Assembly: GCA_964454865.1 (NCBI GenBank) | Contig: CAYVTQ010000001.1 | Coordinates: 3,554-67,553, forward strand | Source: an uncultured Methanosarcinales archaeon | GTDB lineage: Archaea > Nanobdellota > Nanobdellia > Woesearchaeales > GW2011-AR4 | Direction: 5' to 3' | Length of the DNA: 64,000 bases | Shown: positions 1 to 9,184 of the stretch, piece by piece | How positions within the stretch are numbered: the first letter of the stretch is position 1 | Layout of the letters: the number at the start of each line of letters is the position of its first letter | Translations under genes and position numbers: made by a program | The notes under the pieces: generated by a model | What the model was told of the DNA's origin: nothing | The model's input: only the letters and a program-made list of their open reading frames with translations | The model's database searches: none

Positions 1-13
1 GCTTGGAAGCCCA

Positions 14-253
14 ATGCAGGATGGCAGGGTAAACAGCCCTTACGAATCTGGAGTTAAAGCCATTAATGCAGGAGTAATATCCGGTGGCAACACAACCGGC
101 TCAGCATTGCCAGTAAAAATGTCACGGGCTCTTGCTCTGTCATGGGAGGTGGGAAAAGGCATAGACTACCTGGAATTTAGGCGGCAGATGTACAAAAACC
201 ATATTGGAGAATTTGATGACAGAATTAAGGATAAGATGTTAAAAGCGGCTTAA
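14..253 (+). CDS. Probable 3' end of a gene that begins upstream of the window; product unknown
   Basis: ORF runs from the window edge in frame; no recognisable motif. Confidence 0.3.
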   Translation: MQDGRVNSPYESGVKAINAGVISGGNTTGSALPVKMSRALALSWEVGKGIDYLEFRRQMYKNHIGEFDDRIKDKMLKAA

Positions 254-305
254 TTGGGGAAAAATGAAAGAACTAAATGAAGGCTTCTTCATAACTTGAA
301 CACAT

Positions 306-671
306 ATGTCAATAAAGATTAACACAGGAATACAATTGGAAGATTTAAGGCAGGAGTATATAAATATAATATTAGAAATCTGCAAAGAATGCGGTTTGCC
401 GCCAGCCCCTGTTGCATACGAAACTATCAGAGCAGAGTCTATTAAACAATATGTGCAGAGGCATCCTTCAGGTGTAGAATATCGGATAGACCCACATGGC
501 AGAGGGCAAAATAAACTAATCTTTTGCGGAAATTATCCCAAATCAGGAGACCCTCTTACTTTTTACGTTCAATTAATTCCGAATCATGAAGATGGTAGGA
601 GTACCCAAAAAATAAATAGGCATTTTGAGGAATTGGTTAATAGACACTTTAAAGAATTAAGAAAAATATGA
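306..671 (+). CDS. Hypothetical protein (121 aa)
   Basis: Intact ORF with compositional coding signal; no recognisable domain. Confidence 0.35.
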   Translation: MSIKINTGIQLEDLRQEYINIILEICKECGLPPAPVAYETIRAESIKQYVQRHPSGVEYRIDPHGRGQNKLIFCGNYPKSGDPLTFYVQLIPNHEDGRSTQKINRHFEELVNRHFKELRKI

Positions 672-861
672 AATGGATATGTTTATGGGATAGACAGACT
701 GCATAGAAGATCAGTAGTAAGTTTCTTAAAACGGTCCAAATATTTATTCTTTCTTACATCATGCATTTGGTATTGATAAGGATTTTCTTGAAAGAAAATA
801 ATTATATATGGGCAGCGTGGTACGCTAAAGATTTAATTAAAAAGTATAAGGAGGCAATAAA

Positions 862-1173
862 ATGATGAAAGCAGTTTCTATAAGATTAGAGGAAGAATTC
901 GTACAAGAAGCTGAGAAACTGGCAAAGCTCGAAATGGTTGACAAATCTGCAATAATTAGGGAAGCACTGGAAAAAGGTTTTGCGGAAGTAAAGCTTAAAA
1001 TAGCTTTAGAATCGTTCAGCAGAGGAAAATCCTCAACAAGCGAAACTGCTAGAATTGCCGGTTTGAGCATAGGAGAAATGATGGACGAGATAGTTAAAAG
1101 GGGATTAAAGCCAAATATATCCAAGGAAGATATAAGTGGGAGCCTGAGCATGGCTTTAAGAGTTGTGAAGTGA
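862..1173 (+). CDS. UPF0175-family (antitoxin-like, HTH) small protein
   Basis: 103 aa; VSIRLEEEF...TARIAGLSIGEMMDEI pattern typical of UPF0175; strong SD-like AAGGAGG 8 nt upstream of ATG. Confidence 0.5.
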   Translation: MMKAVSIRLEEEFVQEAEKLAKLEMVDKSAIIREALEKGFAEVKLKIALESFSRGKSSTSETARIAGLSIGEMMDEIVKRGLKPNISKEDISGSLSMALRVVK

Positions 1174-1248
1174 ATTGGGAGGCTTTCAGGTATTTATACT
1201 TCCAAAGAAAGATGTTGCACATCTAAAACATAGGATCACTTGTTCGCC

Positions 1249-1959
1249 CTAACCTCTAAAATCCATAGAATCTAAGAAAAAATCAAATTCGCCAACCAAA
1301 TCTGTTATTTCTTGAATTAAGGGTTGCCTGTCTTCTTTTGGAAGCTTTTTTGCTTCTTTTGATATTGCTTCAAGAATCATGAACATCGAGTCCTCGAGAG
1401 GCTCTACTCCGCCAAAATTGTCCCAAATCTTGAAGCATTTTTTAAAGAGAGTGACCATATTATCCAGTTTTTCTGGCTGCTGCATGATTAAATCGTATAT
1501 ATCGTCAACATCTCCAACAAACTCGTCAATGTCTTCATCCTCATTCATATCAATTGAATTTATTGCTTTTTTAATGTCTTCAGTCTTATTGCTCAAGAAT
1601 TTCTTGAATTTTGGATTCAAAGTCAATATCTTATACAATATTGCTATTAGCTCTTCCTTTGGTTTCTTAATTAGCTGGTTCTTTATATTATCCCCAGTTT
1701 CGACATATTTATTTTTCCTTAACTCATAAATAACAGCAACTTCGTGCTTGCAGTTAAAACCATAAGGACAGGTGCATTTGAAATAGCTTTTTGTTAAATC
1801 TATAGTAACCCTATAATTCCTGTTTCCTACTACAACAGCTTTTGCTTTTTCTCCATCTATGATGAGATTTTTTACTCTGCCTTGTTTATAGTAATCATAG
1901 CCTCTTTCTATGATTTCGCTGCTAAAGTTGCTTTTTAAGCTTGGAATTTTGATTTTCAT
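1249..1959 (-). CDS. SWIM zinc-finger domain protein
   Basis: N-terminal YRVTIDL...FKCTCPYGFNCKHEVAVIYEL = CxCx(n)CxH SWIM signature; acidic C-terminal half; start abuts stop of upstream radical SAM gene. Confidence 0.6.
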   Translation of the reverse strand: MKIKIPSLKSNFSSEIIERGYDYYKQGRVKNLIIDGEKAKAVVVGNRNYRVTIDLTKSYFKCTCPYGFNCKHEVAVIYELRKNKYVETGDNIKNQLIKKPKEELIAILYKILTLNPKFKKFLSNKTEDIKKAINSIDMNEDEDIDEFVGDVDDIYDLIMQQPEKLDNMVTLFKKCFKIWDNFGGVEPLEDSMFMILEAISKEAKKLPKEDRQPLIQEITDLVGEFDFFLDSMDFRG

Positions 1960-1960
1960 T

Positions 1961-2764
1961 TTAACTATCTAGCCCATCAAAAACATCCTTCTTAATATCC
2001 ATCTCCGCCACATTAAACCCTTCTGTCTTTATTTCAATACTCATCTCAGGATAAATCTTCAGACAAGCTTCTTTCAAATTCTCCAGAAAATTCAAAGAAA
2101 CAGTATTCAGTTCCCTCATATTCCCGTTAACCAGCCTCCCAAGGTTTGGCTGGAACTGCTGCAAAATCCACCTGCAATTCATCCCCTTTATTTCAGAAGC
2201 AATTCTTAAGATATGCTCCTTATTGAACATGACAGAAGGGGCTATTGTAGTCCTAACATCGACGTTTATCTTTTTATTCTCCTTCAATATGGAAATGCTT
2301 TCTTTAATACCTTTAATGGTGTCATCAGTAGGCTTGAAAAAAGTCCTTGATTTTGTTGTTTTCTCAAAGACAGCATCGTCAAAAGGTGCCTTTAGGTCAA
2401 GGGATAGATAATCAAGCAGATTTAAATCCAGCATCAGCCTTATTACGTGCGGATTACTGCCGTTTGTCTGCAGTCCTGCTTTCAACCCGAACTGCTTGGA
2501 GAACTTCGCAATTTCAATCAGGGAAGGCTTCTGCAGGCATGGCTCGCCGCCGGTAAAGTAGATATTGCTGCAGGAATAGGACAAGGACTTGATTTGAGAT
2601 TTTACATCCTTCAAATCCTTCAAAAATTCCTCTTTAAAATCGAGTATCTCAGAGGCGAAGCAGTAGGGGCATCTGAAATCACAGCCGGAAAAATACACCA
2701 CTATGGATGGCTTGTTGCTCCAGTCGGTTTTAGAAGCGGCAATGTCAGCAATATAAGCCTGCAT
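1961..2764 (-). CDS. Radical SAM protein, PflA/NrdG-like activating-enzyme family
   Basis: CDFRCPYC (CxxxCxxC) cluster near N-terminus, FTGGEP glycine-rich SAM motif, 267 aa. Confidence 0.7.
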   Translation of the reverse strand: MQAYIADIAASKTDWSNKPSIVVYFSGCDFRCPYCFASEILDFKEEFLKDLKDVKSQIKSLSYSCSNIYFTGGEPCLQKPSLIEIAKFSKQFGLKAGLQTNGSNPHVIRLMLDLNLLDYLSLDLKAPFDDAVFEKTTKSRTFFKPTDDTIKGIKESISILKENKKINVDVRTTIAPSVMFNKEHILRIASEIKGMNCRWILQQFQPNLGRLVNGNMRELNTVSLNFLENLKEACLKIYPEMSIEIKTEGFNVAEMDIKKDVFDGLDS

Positions 2765-2924
2765 AAATAAGCACCGGGAAACAGAACAAGCACGGCATTA
2801 ATAAAGCTTATTGCTTGGTTTTCTTCTTCTTCGCTTCCTCTTCCTCTTCTTCCTTGAAGTCGCCTAAAGTCTTGTTTTTCTTTATGGTATTGTAGCTTAT
2901 GCTGTTGTTCATTTTTGCCTCTTT

Positions 2925-3353
2925 TTAATGCGTGCCGGTGCTTCCGAATCCGCCTTCGCCGCGTTTAGTGCCGCCCAATGACTCCGATTCAATAAACTCG
3001 ACTTTTGGCACAGGATGGATAAGAAGCTGCGCAATCTTCATTCCTTTTGTAATTTTAAAGCTCTCTTTTCCAAGATTTATCATGACTATTTTTAGCTCTC
3101 CCCTGTAGCCTGAGTCTATGACTCCTGCAATGTTATGCACAGAATATTTTGAGGCAATGCCGCTTTTGTCCCATATCAGTCCGGCGTAGCCCTCAGGGAT
3201 CGCTATCTTCAGTCCTGTAGAGACCAGCTTTCTTTCCATCGGCCTTAATTCGCAGTCTTCAGCAGAATGCAGGTCGGCGCCGGCGTCTCCATCATGGGCA
3301 TAGGAAGGGGTTTTTACATCTGCTACTTTGTGGACCGTGATTTGCAATGCCAT
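2925..3353 (-). CDS. dut: dUTP diphosphatase (trimeric dUTPase)
   Basis: GDAGADL, IDSGYRGEL and KGMKIAQL dUTPase motifs; 142 aa. Confidence 0.85.
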   Translation of the reverse strand: MALQITVHKVADVKTPSYAHDGDAGADLHSAEDCELRPMERKLVSTGLKIAIPEGYAGLIWDKSGIASKYSVHNIAGVIDSGYRGELKIVMINLGKESFKITKGMKIAQLLIHPVPKVEFIESESLGGTKRGEGGFGSTGTH

Positions 3354-3444
3354 TTTAGAAAAATTGATTTTTAACAGGATCAGTTATATTTAAATTATTC
3401 TAATGTTAAAAATATAGTTTGATTTGGCTGTGTTAAATCATAAA

Positions 3445-3951
3445 TCAGTCTTTCTGCTTAAAAGACATTATTGATGACAGCTTGTGCTCAACCACTTTCC
3501 CGCTGTCCGCCTGAATCTTCATATTGAGGGTATTGAAGGCGGCAGTCACAAAGGTTATGTTCCAGATTGTCCCTATATCTTCCAGATTCTGGAGTATTGC
3601 AATGATCTTGACCGGCTGGTCATGGGGATATTTCTTATGCTGAAAATTCTTTGCGCTTTCAACAATAGAGCCTATCTTAAGCTTGATTTTTCCTGTGTCT
3701 ATGGGCAGGACATCCATTGACTCTTTCTTGAATATCTCCTCTTCAGGCTTCATCTCAACAGAATCGTCTCCAACAATGAAAGTGGTTATCTTATCAATAG
3801 CCTTGTCATAGTGCCCTATCTGCCAGTTATTTTCTCCTGAATCCATCAGCATCCTGAAAGCATAAGAGAAATAGCTTTTTGGCTTTGATTTCTTCCATGA
3901 GCTGAATTTTTTATCAGCTTCAAGCTTCTTCAGCGCCTGCTCCAGTTCCAT
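3445..3951 (-). CDS. Hypothetical protein (start placed at internal MELEQ Met)
   Basis: ORF; TATA-like TTTATATAT 23-31 nt upstream of this ATG; no domain recognised. Confidence 0.4.
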   Translation of the reverse strand: MELEQALKKLEADKKFSSWKKSKPKSYFSYAFRMLMDSGENNWQIGHYDKAIDKITTFIVGDDSVEMKPEEEIFKKESMDVLPIDTGKIKLKIGSIVESAKNFQHKKYPHDQPVKIIAILQNLEDIGTIWNITFVTAAFNTLNMKIQADSGKVVEHKLSSIMSFKQKD

Positions 3952-3973
3952 AAAATTGCATAAAATATGAAAA

Positions 3974-3982
3974 TTTATATAT
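3974..3982. promoter_or_regulatory. Palindromic TATA box (TTTATATAT) positioned to serve both divergent genes (3951- and taw1 4006+)
   Basis: AT palindrome lies 24-32 nt upstream of taw1 ATG and 23-31 nt upstream of the minus-strand ATG at 3951, in a 54-bp divergent gap. Confidence 0.35.
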
Positions 3983-4005
3983 CTTTGGAAATAACTTAGG
4001 CAAAT

Positions 4006-4956
4006 ATGATTACTGCAGAAGTGCAACTAAAGCTGAAGAAGCAACAGTACGGGATAGTAGGCAACCACACAAGAGTCAAGGTCTGCCACTGGACCAAAAG
4101 CGACCTGAAAGGCAAAGGGGGCTGCTATAAGCAGAAGTTCTATGGAATCAACAGCCACCAATGCCTGCAGATGACCCCTACATTCTCCTGCAACAACGCC
4201 TGCATTTTCTGCTGGCGTGACTTAAGGTATCACACAGAGCCTGCAATGGAAGGCGGCATTGACACCCCTGAAGAGATAGTCAAAGGCACAATAGAGATGC
4301 AGAGAAAGCTTCTTTCAGGATTTGGCGGCAATGAAAACGCAGACAGGGAGAAGCTGGAGAGGGCTAAGCAGCCAAAGCACGTTGCAATATCCCTTGACGG
4401 GGAGCCTACCATGTATCCAAAGCTCAAGGAATTGATAAGAGAATACAAGAAAAACGGATTTTCAACATTTCTGGTTTCAAACGGCTTGATTCCGGAAAGG
4501 ATAGAGCAGCTGTATGACGAGCCCCCAACCCAGCTGTATATTTCCGTCGATGCTCCAAATGAGCGGCTTTTCAATGAAATAGACAGGCCTATAATAAAGA
4601 ATGCATGGCGGGGCTTGTACAGGACATTAAGCCTGCTTCCCAAAATGAGGGAGAAAATGAGGACAGTATTGAGGTTTACAATAATAAAAGGCATGAATGA
4701 TGTTTATCCGGAACAGTGGGCTGAAATAATAAAATTAAGCAATCCTATGTTCATTGAGGTCAAGTCTTACATGTGGATTGGCATGTCTCGCGAGAGATTG
4801 AAGCAGGAGAACATGATGACTCACAAGGAAATAAGGGATTTCTCGTTGGAGATTGCAAAGCATGCTGATTACAAATTGATAGACGAGCAGCCAGTTTCAA
4901 GAGTAGTGCTGCTGATGAAAGAGGATTTTGAGGGAAGGGTTATGGAGTTTTATTAA
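4006..4956 (+). CDS. taw1: tRNA 4-demethylwyosine synthase (radical SAM, TYW1/Taw1)
   Basis: CxxxCxFC radical SAM cluster (CNNACIFCWR), upstream Cys auxiliary cluster region (KVCHW...GGCYKQ), 316 aa typical of archaeal Taw1. Confidence 0.85.
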   Translation: MITAEVQLKLKKQQYGIVGNHTRVKVCHWTKSDLKGKGGCYKQKFYGINSHQCLQMTPTFSCNNACIFCWRDLRYHTEPAMEGGIDTPEEIVKGTIEMQRKLLSGFGGNENADREKLERAKQPKHVAISLDGEPTMYPKLKELIREYKKNGFSTFLVSNGLIPERIEQLYDEPPTQLYISVDAPNERLFNEIDRPIIKNAWRGLYRTLSLLPKMREKMRTVLRFTIIKGMNDVYPEQWAEIIKLSNPMFIEVKSYMWIGMSRERLKQENMMTHKEIRDFSLEIAKHADYKLIDEQPVSRVVLLMKEDFEGRVMEFY

Positions 4957-4997
4957 TTTATTTTAGAAATAAAATTAACATTTAAAATTACAAATAA

Positions 4998-5495
4998 TTA
5001 ACGAAATAACTTACCCATCTTAATAAGCAAATCTATCTTTTCTCTATCCAAAGAATCAGCATTTCTAGATGCTATTTTCTTAAGTCTGTTAGTTATAAAT
5101 TTATTTGTAACAGATTTATTTAGCCTTTTCAATGATTTCGCTATGTATCCTACTAGATAAAAAAAATTTTCCGTTTTGTTATAACCTTTAGAAACAAATC
5201 CATATTCAATTGCAGCTATAAAAATACCTAGAGCATAACCTAAGTTCTTGGCTATGTCCTCGTTAAGTTCACCTTCGCATTTATCAAGTAACTGATGGCA
5301 TGAATTTATCGATTGTACTGTTTCAATTGTGATTCTCGCTATATAGTGTCCTTGATCTCTTGAACTTTTTGTTGTTAACTCAAATTGTTTGTTTAAATCA
5401 AGAAGTCGCCTTTTTGACAGGTTATAGTGTGACAGAAACCCTTTAAGGAAGATTAGCCTTAACTCATTAAGTCTTTTTTTATCAATCTTTTTCAA
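4998..5495 (-). CDS. Hypothetical protein (165 aa)
   Basis: Intact ORF in AT-rich segment; no recognisable domain. Confidence 0.35.
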   Translation of the reverse strand: MKKIDKKRLNELRLIFLKGFLSHYNLSKRRLLDLNKQFELTTKSSRDQGHYIARITIETVQSINSCHQLLDKCEGELNEDIAKNLGYALGIFIAAIEYGFVSKGYNKTENFFYLVGYIAKSLKRLNKSVTNKFITNRLKKIASRNADSLDREKIDLLIKMGKLFR

Positions 5496-5626
5496 TGTAT
5501 CTTGAAAGATTAAGTCAAATTCATCTCAGCTACGGCTTGATCTTGCTTCTCTTCTTTCTTCTTTCTAAGAAATTCAAATATTCTCCACATTTGAGAATTA
5601 TTATTAGAAGATGTATAAAAACTTTG

Positions 5627-6220
5627 TTAAATTTTTATTATCCTCCCAAACATCCCCGGATTAACAACTCTGGTATTCTTTATCTCGTCTTCCTTCCCAA
5701 AGTTCTCGTGCAGATGCCCGCAGATATGCAAATCAATCTTGGATTTCTCAACAAAGTGCCTTAAGGTCTTGTTGCCGCAATGCTCTCCATTAAGATTGTC
5801 TAGCTTAGTTTTGTAAGGCGGCGCATGAGTTAGAAAAACTATTTTTTGGTCTTTGTTTTTTGCCATAATATCCTCAAATTTTTCTCCTGTTTTCTTAAAG
5901 TCATTGTCCACCATCGAGAATCCTCCGCCGCCATATCCTAAAAATAAGGAATTTCCAACAATCAAATGTTTCTTATGGATAAAATGTATATTTTTCAAAT
6001 TTACGTTAAAGCTGCCGGGATCTTCATGGTTGCCATGAATAATGGCAACAGGCTTTCCAATGCTGTTCAGTTCTCTAAGAAAGGACATAAGCCTGTTTTC
6101 AAATACTGAAATATCGCCGGCGCAGGCCAGGACATCTGGATTGTGAAGCCTTGCATTCAATTTTATTTTTCTATACGCCGCCTTCGAGCCGTGCATGTCA
6201 GTAAAAGCCAGTATTCTCAT
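5627..6220 (-). CDS. Calcineurin-like metallophosphoesterase
   Basis: DMHG, GDIS, GNHE and GHLH metallophosphoesterase motifs. Confidence 0.75.
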   Translation of the reverse strand: MRILAFTDMHGSKAAYRKIKLNARLHNPDVLACAGDISVFENRLMSFLRELNSIGKPVAIIHGNHEDPGSFNVNLKNIHFIHKKHLIVGNSLFLGYGGGGFSMVDNDFKKTGEKFEDIMAKNKDQKIVFLTHAPPYKTKLDNLNGEHCGNKTLRHFVEKSKIDLHICGHLHENFGKEDEIKNTRVVNPGMFGRIIKI

Positions 6221-6243
6221 TTGAAGCCAAAGAATAAGGTTAT

Positions 6244-7428
6244 TTATAAATTATAATAGTCCTCAAGTATAATCTCATCAACATTCTCAGAATCCTTTGC
6301 AACATACAGCCTCCCGTTCCCGATTTCAACAATCTTTTCGGCCAGCTCCCTGCCTTTTGAATCCAGATTTATTCCAATCAGCGAGATTGTAATTCCATTA
6401 TTCCTTGCTATTGAGACTTCTTCCAAAGTTTCCTTTTCAGGATTTTTTCCCTTTGTCGGCAGCGCATCAGTAAGCAAGATAAGGTGCTTTGTTATTTTTT
6501 CAGAAGGGAAAAGCTCAATGCATTTTCTCAGGGTAGCTGCCAAATCCGTCTCTTTCGAAGGCATTATTTTGGTTATTTCGCCTATTATCCTAGTGAAATC
6601 CGATGTCGGCTCGATTGCAGTCTTGATGTCGGAGCCAAACACTATCAGCCCCACTTTGTCTTTTTCATTTATTGCCTTGTATGCCAGTGCAATGCCGGCT
6701 TTCTTGCACGACTCCACTTTTTTGCCCTTCATCGAGCCTGAAGCATCAAGCGCATAGACTATGTATGCCTGGCCCCTGCTTTGCGTTTCGTGAACCTGCA
6801 GGTCGCCCATCTCTATCCTGCCGTGCCTTCTTCTTATTGCTGTTTTTATTGAGCTCTTTAAAGCAATGTCCCTGTACCTTTCTCCTTTCTTGAATCTCCT
6901 GAATCCTTCTTTCTCGCCATAATGCGCATTTTCCTTGTGGGTTTTTTCCCCAAGAAGCCCTTTCGGCACTATCTTGTCGAGTTCCTGGAAATATAAGACA
7001 AGAGAAGCCAATTCATAGCCTTTATTGGAGATTCCATGGTCCGCTCCTACAAAGCCTTTCTCTTTTAATTCCTGCATTTTCCTGCTTATCCTTTCCCTCA
7101 GCTCTCTTTGGAACTCAGGCACTCCTGCGTTTTTCTTTATGTAATCCGGCTCGTACCCAGAAACCAGCCTTATCAAAGACTCGCCAAATATCTGCTTGGC
7201 AATTGAATAATTCCTTACCAGCTGCTCAAACATCAGGTCGGGAGTAAAGCTGCCCATTCCTTGGTTTATGGCATCGCTGATAAGCTTGCCGTCGTCTATG
7301 GTTTTTTTGTCGTTTTCCAGCACAGAATGCATGAATTTGTCTTCCAGATCCTGAAATGAAAGGCTCCCCTGCATTTCCTCTGCTTTCGAGAATTCCTTGA
7401 CTTGAACAGCGGCGTTACCCTTCACCAC
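6244..7428 (-). CDS. VWA-domain protein (ChlD-like partner of AAA+ ATPase)
   Basis: C-terminal VWA with MIDAS DASGSM; Arg-rich linker; 13-bp overlap with upstream AAA+ gene. Confidence 0.75.
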   Translation of the reverse strand: MVKGNAAVQVKEFSKAEEMQGSLSFQDLEDKFMHSVLENDKKTIDDGKLISDAINQGMGSFTPDLMFEQLVRNYSIAKQIFGESLIRLVSGYEPDYIKKNAGVPEFQRELRERISRKMQELKEKGFVGADHGISNKGYELASLVLYFQELDKIVPKGLLGEKTHKENAHYGEKEGFRRFKKGERYRDIALKSSIKTAIRRRHGRIEMGDLQVHETQSRGQAYIVYALDASGSMKGKKVESCKKAGIALAYKAINEKDKVGLIVFGSDIKTAIEPTSDFTRIIGEITKIMPSKETDLAATLRKCIELFPSEKITKHLILLTDALPTKGKNPEKETLEEVSIARNNGITISLIGINLDSKGRELAEKIVEIGNGRLYVAKDSENVDEIILEDYYNL

Positions 7429-8527
7429 CGTCGTCCCTTTCCTGCAGCTCCCTTGTTAACGCCTGCTTGAAGTCTTTTTTGAACGATCCCCTGATGAAAT
7501 CCTCTGCTGTCTGCAGATATTTTACAGAAGGCTTGAGCCTTATCCTGTGCGACAAAACAGAGGAAATCACATTCTCAATATCCTCGATTGAAACCTCTTT
7601 TCTGCCGTTCAATAATGCATTTGCCTGCGCCCGTTCATACAATCCGATAGAAGCCCTCACAGAAGGCTTTTTCTCAAGCTTGTCGCTTTCTCTCAGCAAT
7701 CTTATGAAAGAAATGCTTGCCCTTAGCAATTCATCATCAAACTCTGCCAGTTTTTTGCCTTTTTCAACAACAATGTTTTGCTCAATAGGCAGGCTTTCAG
7801 GGTGATCCATATAAACGATGTCAAACCTGTCCAATAAAACATCAGACAGCTTTTCCGTAGAGGTATCTTCTGGATTCATTGTCCCTATGAAAACAAAATC
7901 AACGCCAAAATCAACGTCATAAGAGCCGATTGTCGCTTTTTTCTCCTCAAGCACCTGCAATAAGGCATTCTGCAGCTTTTCCGGGCATCTGTTCAGCTCA
8001 TCAAAAAACAATACTCCGCCGTCTGCCTTGAAAATCTTGCCCTTGGTAAAAGCTTCCAATGACAATGGCCCGTATTTCATCGCCTTGATTGGATCAATGT
8101 CTCCCAATAGGTCTTCAACAGCGAGATCAGGGGAGCCCTGTATCCTGACAAATTTTGCATGGTTTTTGCTGTTTTTCTTATTTGGCAGAAGGCCGGCAAC
8201 ATTTTTTGCCAAAGTAGTCTTTCCAACGCCGGGAGGGCCTATAATCAGGATATTCCTGTTGCTAAGCAGGGCTGACTTTACCCCAAGTTTTGTATTCTCC
8301 TGCCCCTTTATGTCTGTAAAAGGGTCTTTGGTTTTCAATAATGCGTTTTTTAGCTCTTCTGACAGCATTTTAAATCGTGAAGTTATGGCGCTGGGTTTTA
8401 TAAACGTTCTGGTAAAAAAAGGCATTGAAAAGCCTTGCATTGCTCGAAAATCAACAGACTGCCATAATTGGATTTTCGGCACCACCTGCGGTGGAATTGA
8501 TGGCAACCTATATCTTTTCAATGCCAC
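7415..8527 (-). CDS. AAA+ ATPase, MoxR/ChlI (Mg-chelatase subunit I-like) family
   Basis: Walker A GPPGVGKT, Walker B FFDELNR, sensor region typical of ChlI/MoxR. Confidence 0.8.
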   Translation of the reverse strand: MALKRYRLPSIPPQVVPKIQLWQSVDFRAMQGFSMPFFTRTFIKPSAITSRFKMLSEELKNALLKTKDPFTDIKGQENTKLGVKSALLSNRNILIIGPPGVGKTTLAKNVAGLLPNKKNSKNHAKFVRIQGSPDLAVEDLLGDIDPIKAMKYGPLSLEAFTKGKIFKADGGVLFFDELNRCPEKLQNALLQVLEEKKATIGSYDVDFGVDFVFIGTMNPEDTSTEKLSDVLLDRFDIVYMDHPESLPIEQNIVVEKGKKLAEFDDELLRASISFIRLLRESDKLEKKPSVRASIGLYERAQANALLNGRKEVSIEDIENVISSVLSHRIRLKPSVKYLQTAEDFIRGSFKKDFKQALTRELQERDDGGEG

Positions 8528-8579
8528 CTTTAAAAAGGAAAACTTATATAAACTTATCTCAGCCCCTTCACGTTAATTA

Positions 8580-9155
8580 ATGATGGCAAAAATCAAAAAT
8601 TATGCCGGAAAATCGCACTCAAATTTTGAGTATAGGGAACAGAATCAGGAAGTGTATTACGCTGTTGGCGACATAGTCAAGATTAGCAAAAATGATATCC
8701 AATTATTCAGAAGAAAGACTATGCAAAACAAGCGTTTGAGGAGCAGATTGTGCACCCATAAAGACATACATGATAATCTCCACGAGATGTTCATCATGTA
8801 CTCCAAAGCTGCTTATATAAGGCCGCATAGGCATCCTAATAAAAGCGTATCCTATCACATAGTTGAAGGCTGCGTTGACGTCATTTTATTTAATGAGGCG
8901 GGAAATGTAAAAGAAATAATCCGGATGGGGGATTACTTAACCGGCCTTACTTTTTATTTCCGCATTTCCGACCCGCACTATTATATGCCAATACCAAGAT
9001 CCGATTTTTTGGTTTTTGAGGAGATTACAAATGGGCCCTTCAACGATTCCCATACCGTATTTGCTCCATGGGCCCCTGATGATGGCGATAACTTTGCTGT
9101 TAAAAAATTTATGAATGCATTAGAAGTCAAGATTAAAAGGTGGCCCTCGAATTAA
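8580..9155 (+). CDS. Cupin-fold protein, possibly WbuC-like (glycan-locus associated)
   Basis: PHRHP...SVSYHIVEG cupin metal-binding pattern; sits at the start of the sugar gene block. Confidence 0.4.
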   Translation: MMAKIKNYAGKSHSNFEYREQNQEVYYAVGDIVKISKNDIQLFRRKTMQNKRLRSRLCTHKDIHDNLHEMFIMYSKAAYIRPHRHPNKSVSYHIVEGCVDVILFNEAGNVKEIIRMGDYLTGLTFYFRISDPHYYMPIPRSDFLVFEEITNGPFNDSHTVFAPWAPDDGDNFAVKKFMNALEVKIKRWPSN

Positions 9156-9184
9156 GCTCTTTCAATAATCTTAGGAGTATAGGA

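Noticed and set aside
1961-2764. Radical SAM enzyme as a prokaryotic viperin-like antiviral gene
   Set aside because: Its size (267 aa), the CDFRCPYC context and the TGGEP motif fit PflA/NrdG-type activases better; no viperin C-terminal NTP-binding motifs were seen
2808-2912. 34-aa minus-strand ORF MNNSISYNTIKKNKTLGDFKEEEEEEAKKKKTKQ between dut and the radical SAM gene
   Set aside because: Extremely low complexity (GAA/GAG/AAG repeats); more likely a spacer or 5' leader than a gene
8028-8576. 182-aa plus-strand ORF
   Set aside because: Lies entirely antisense inside the well-supported AAA+ ATPase gene; a shadow ORF
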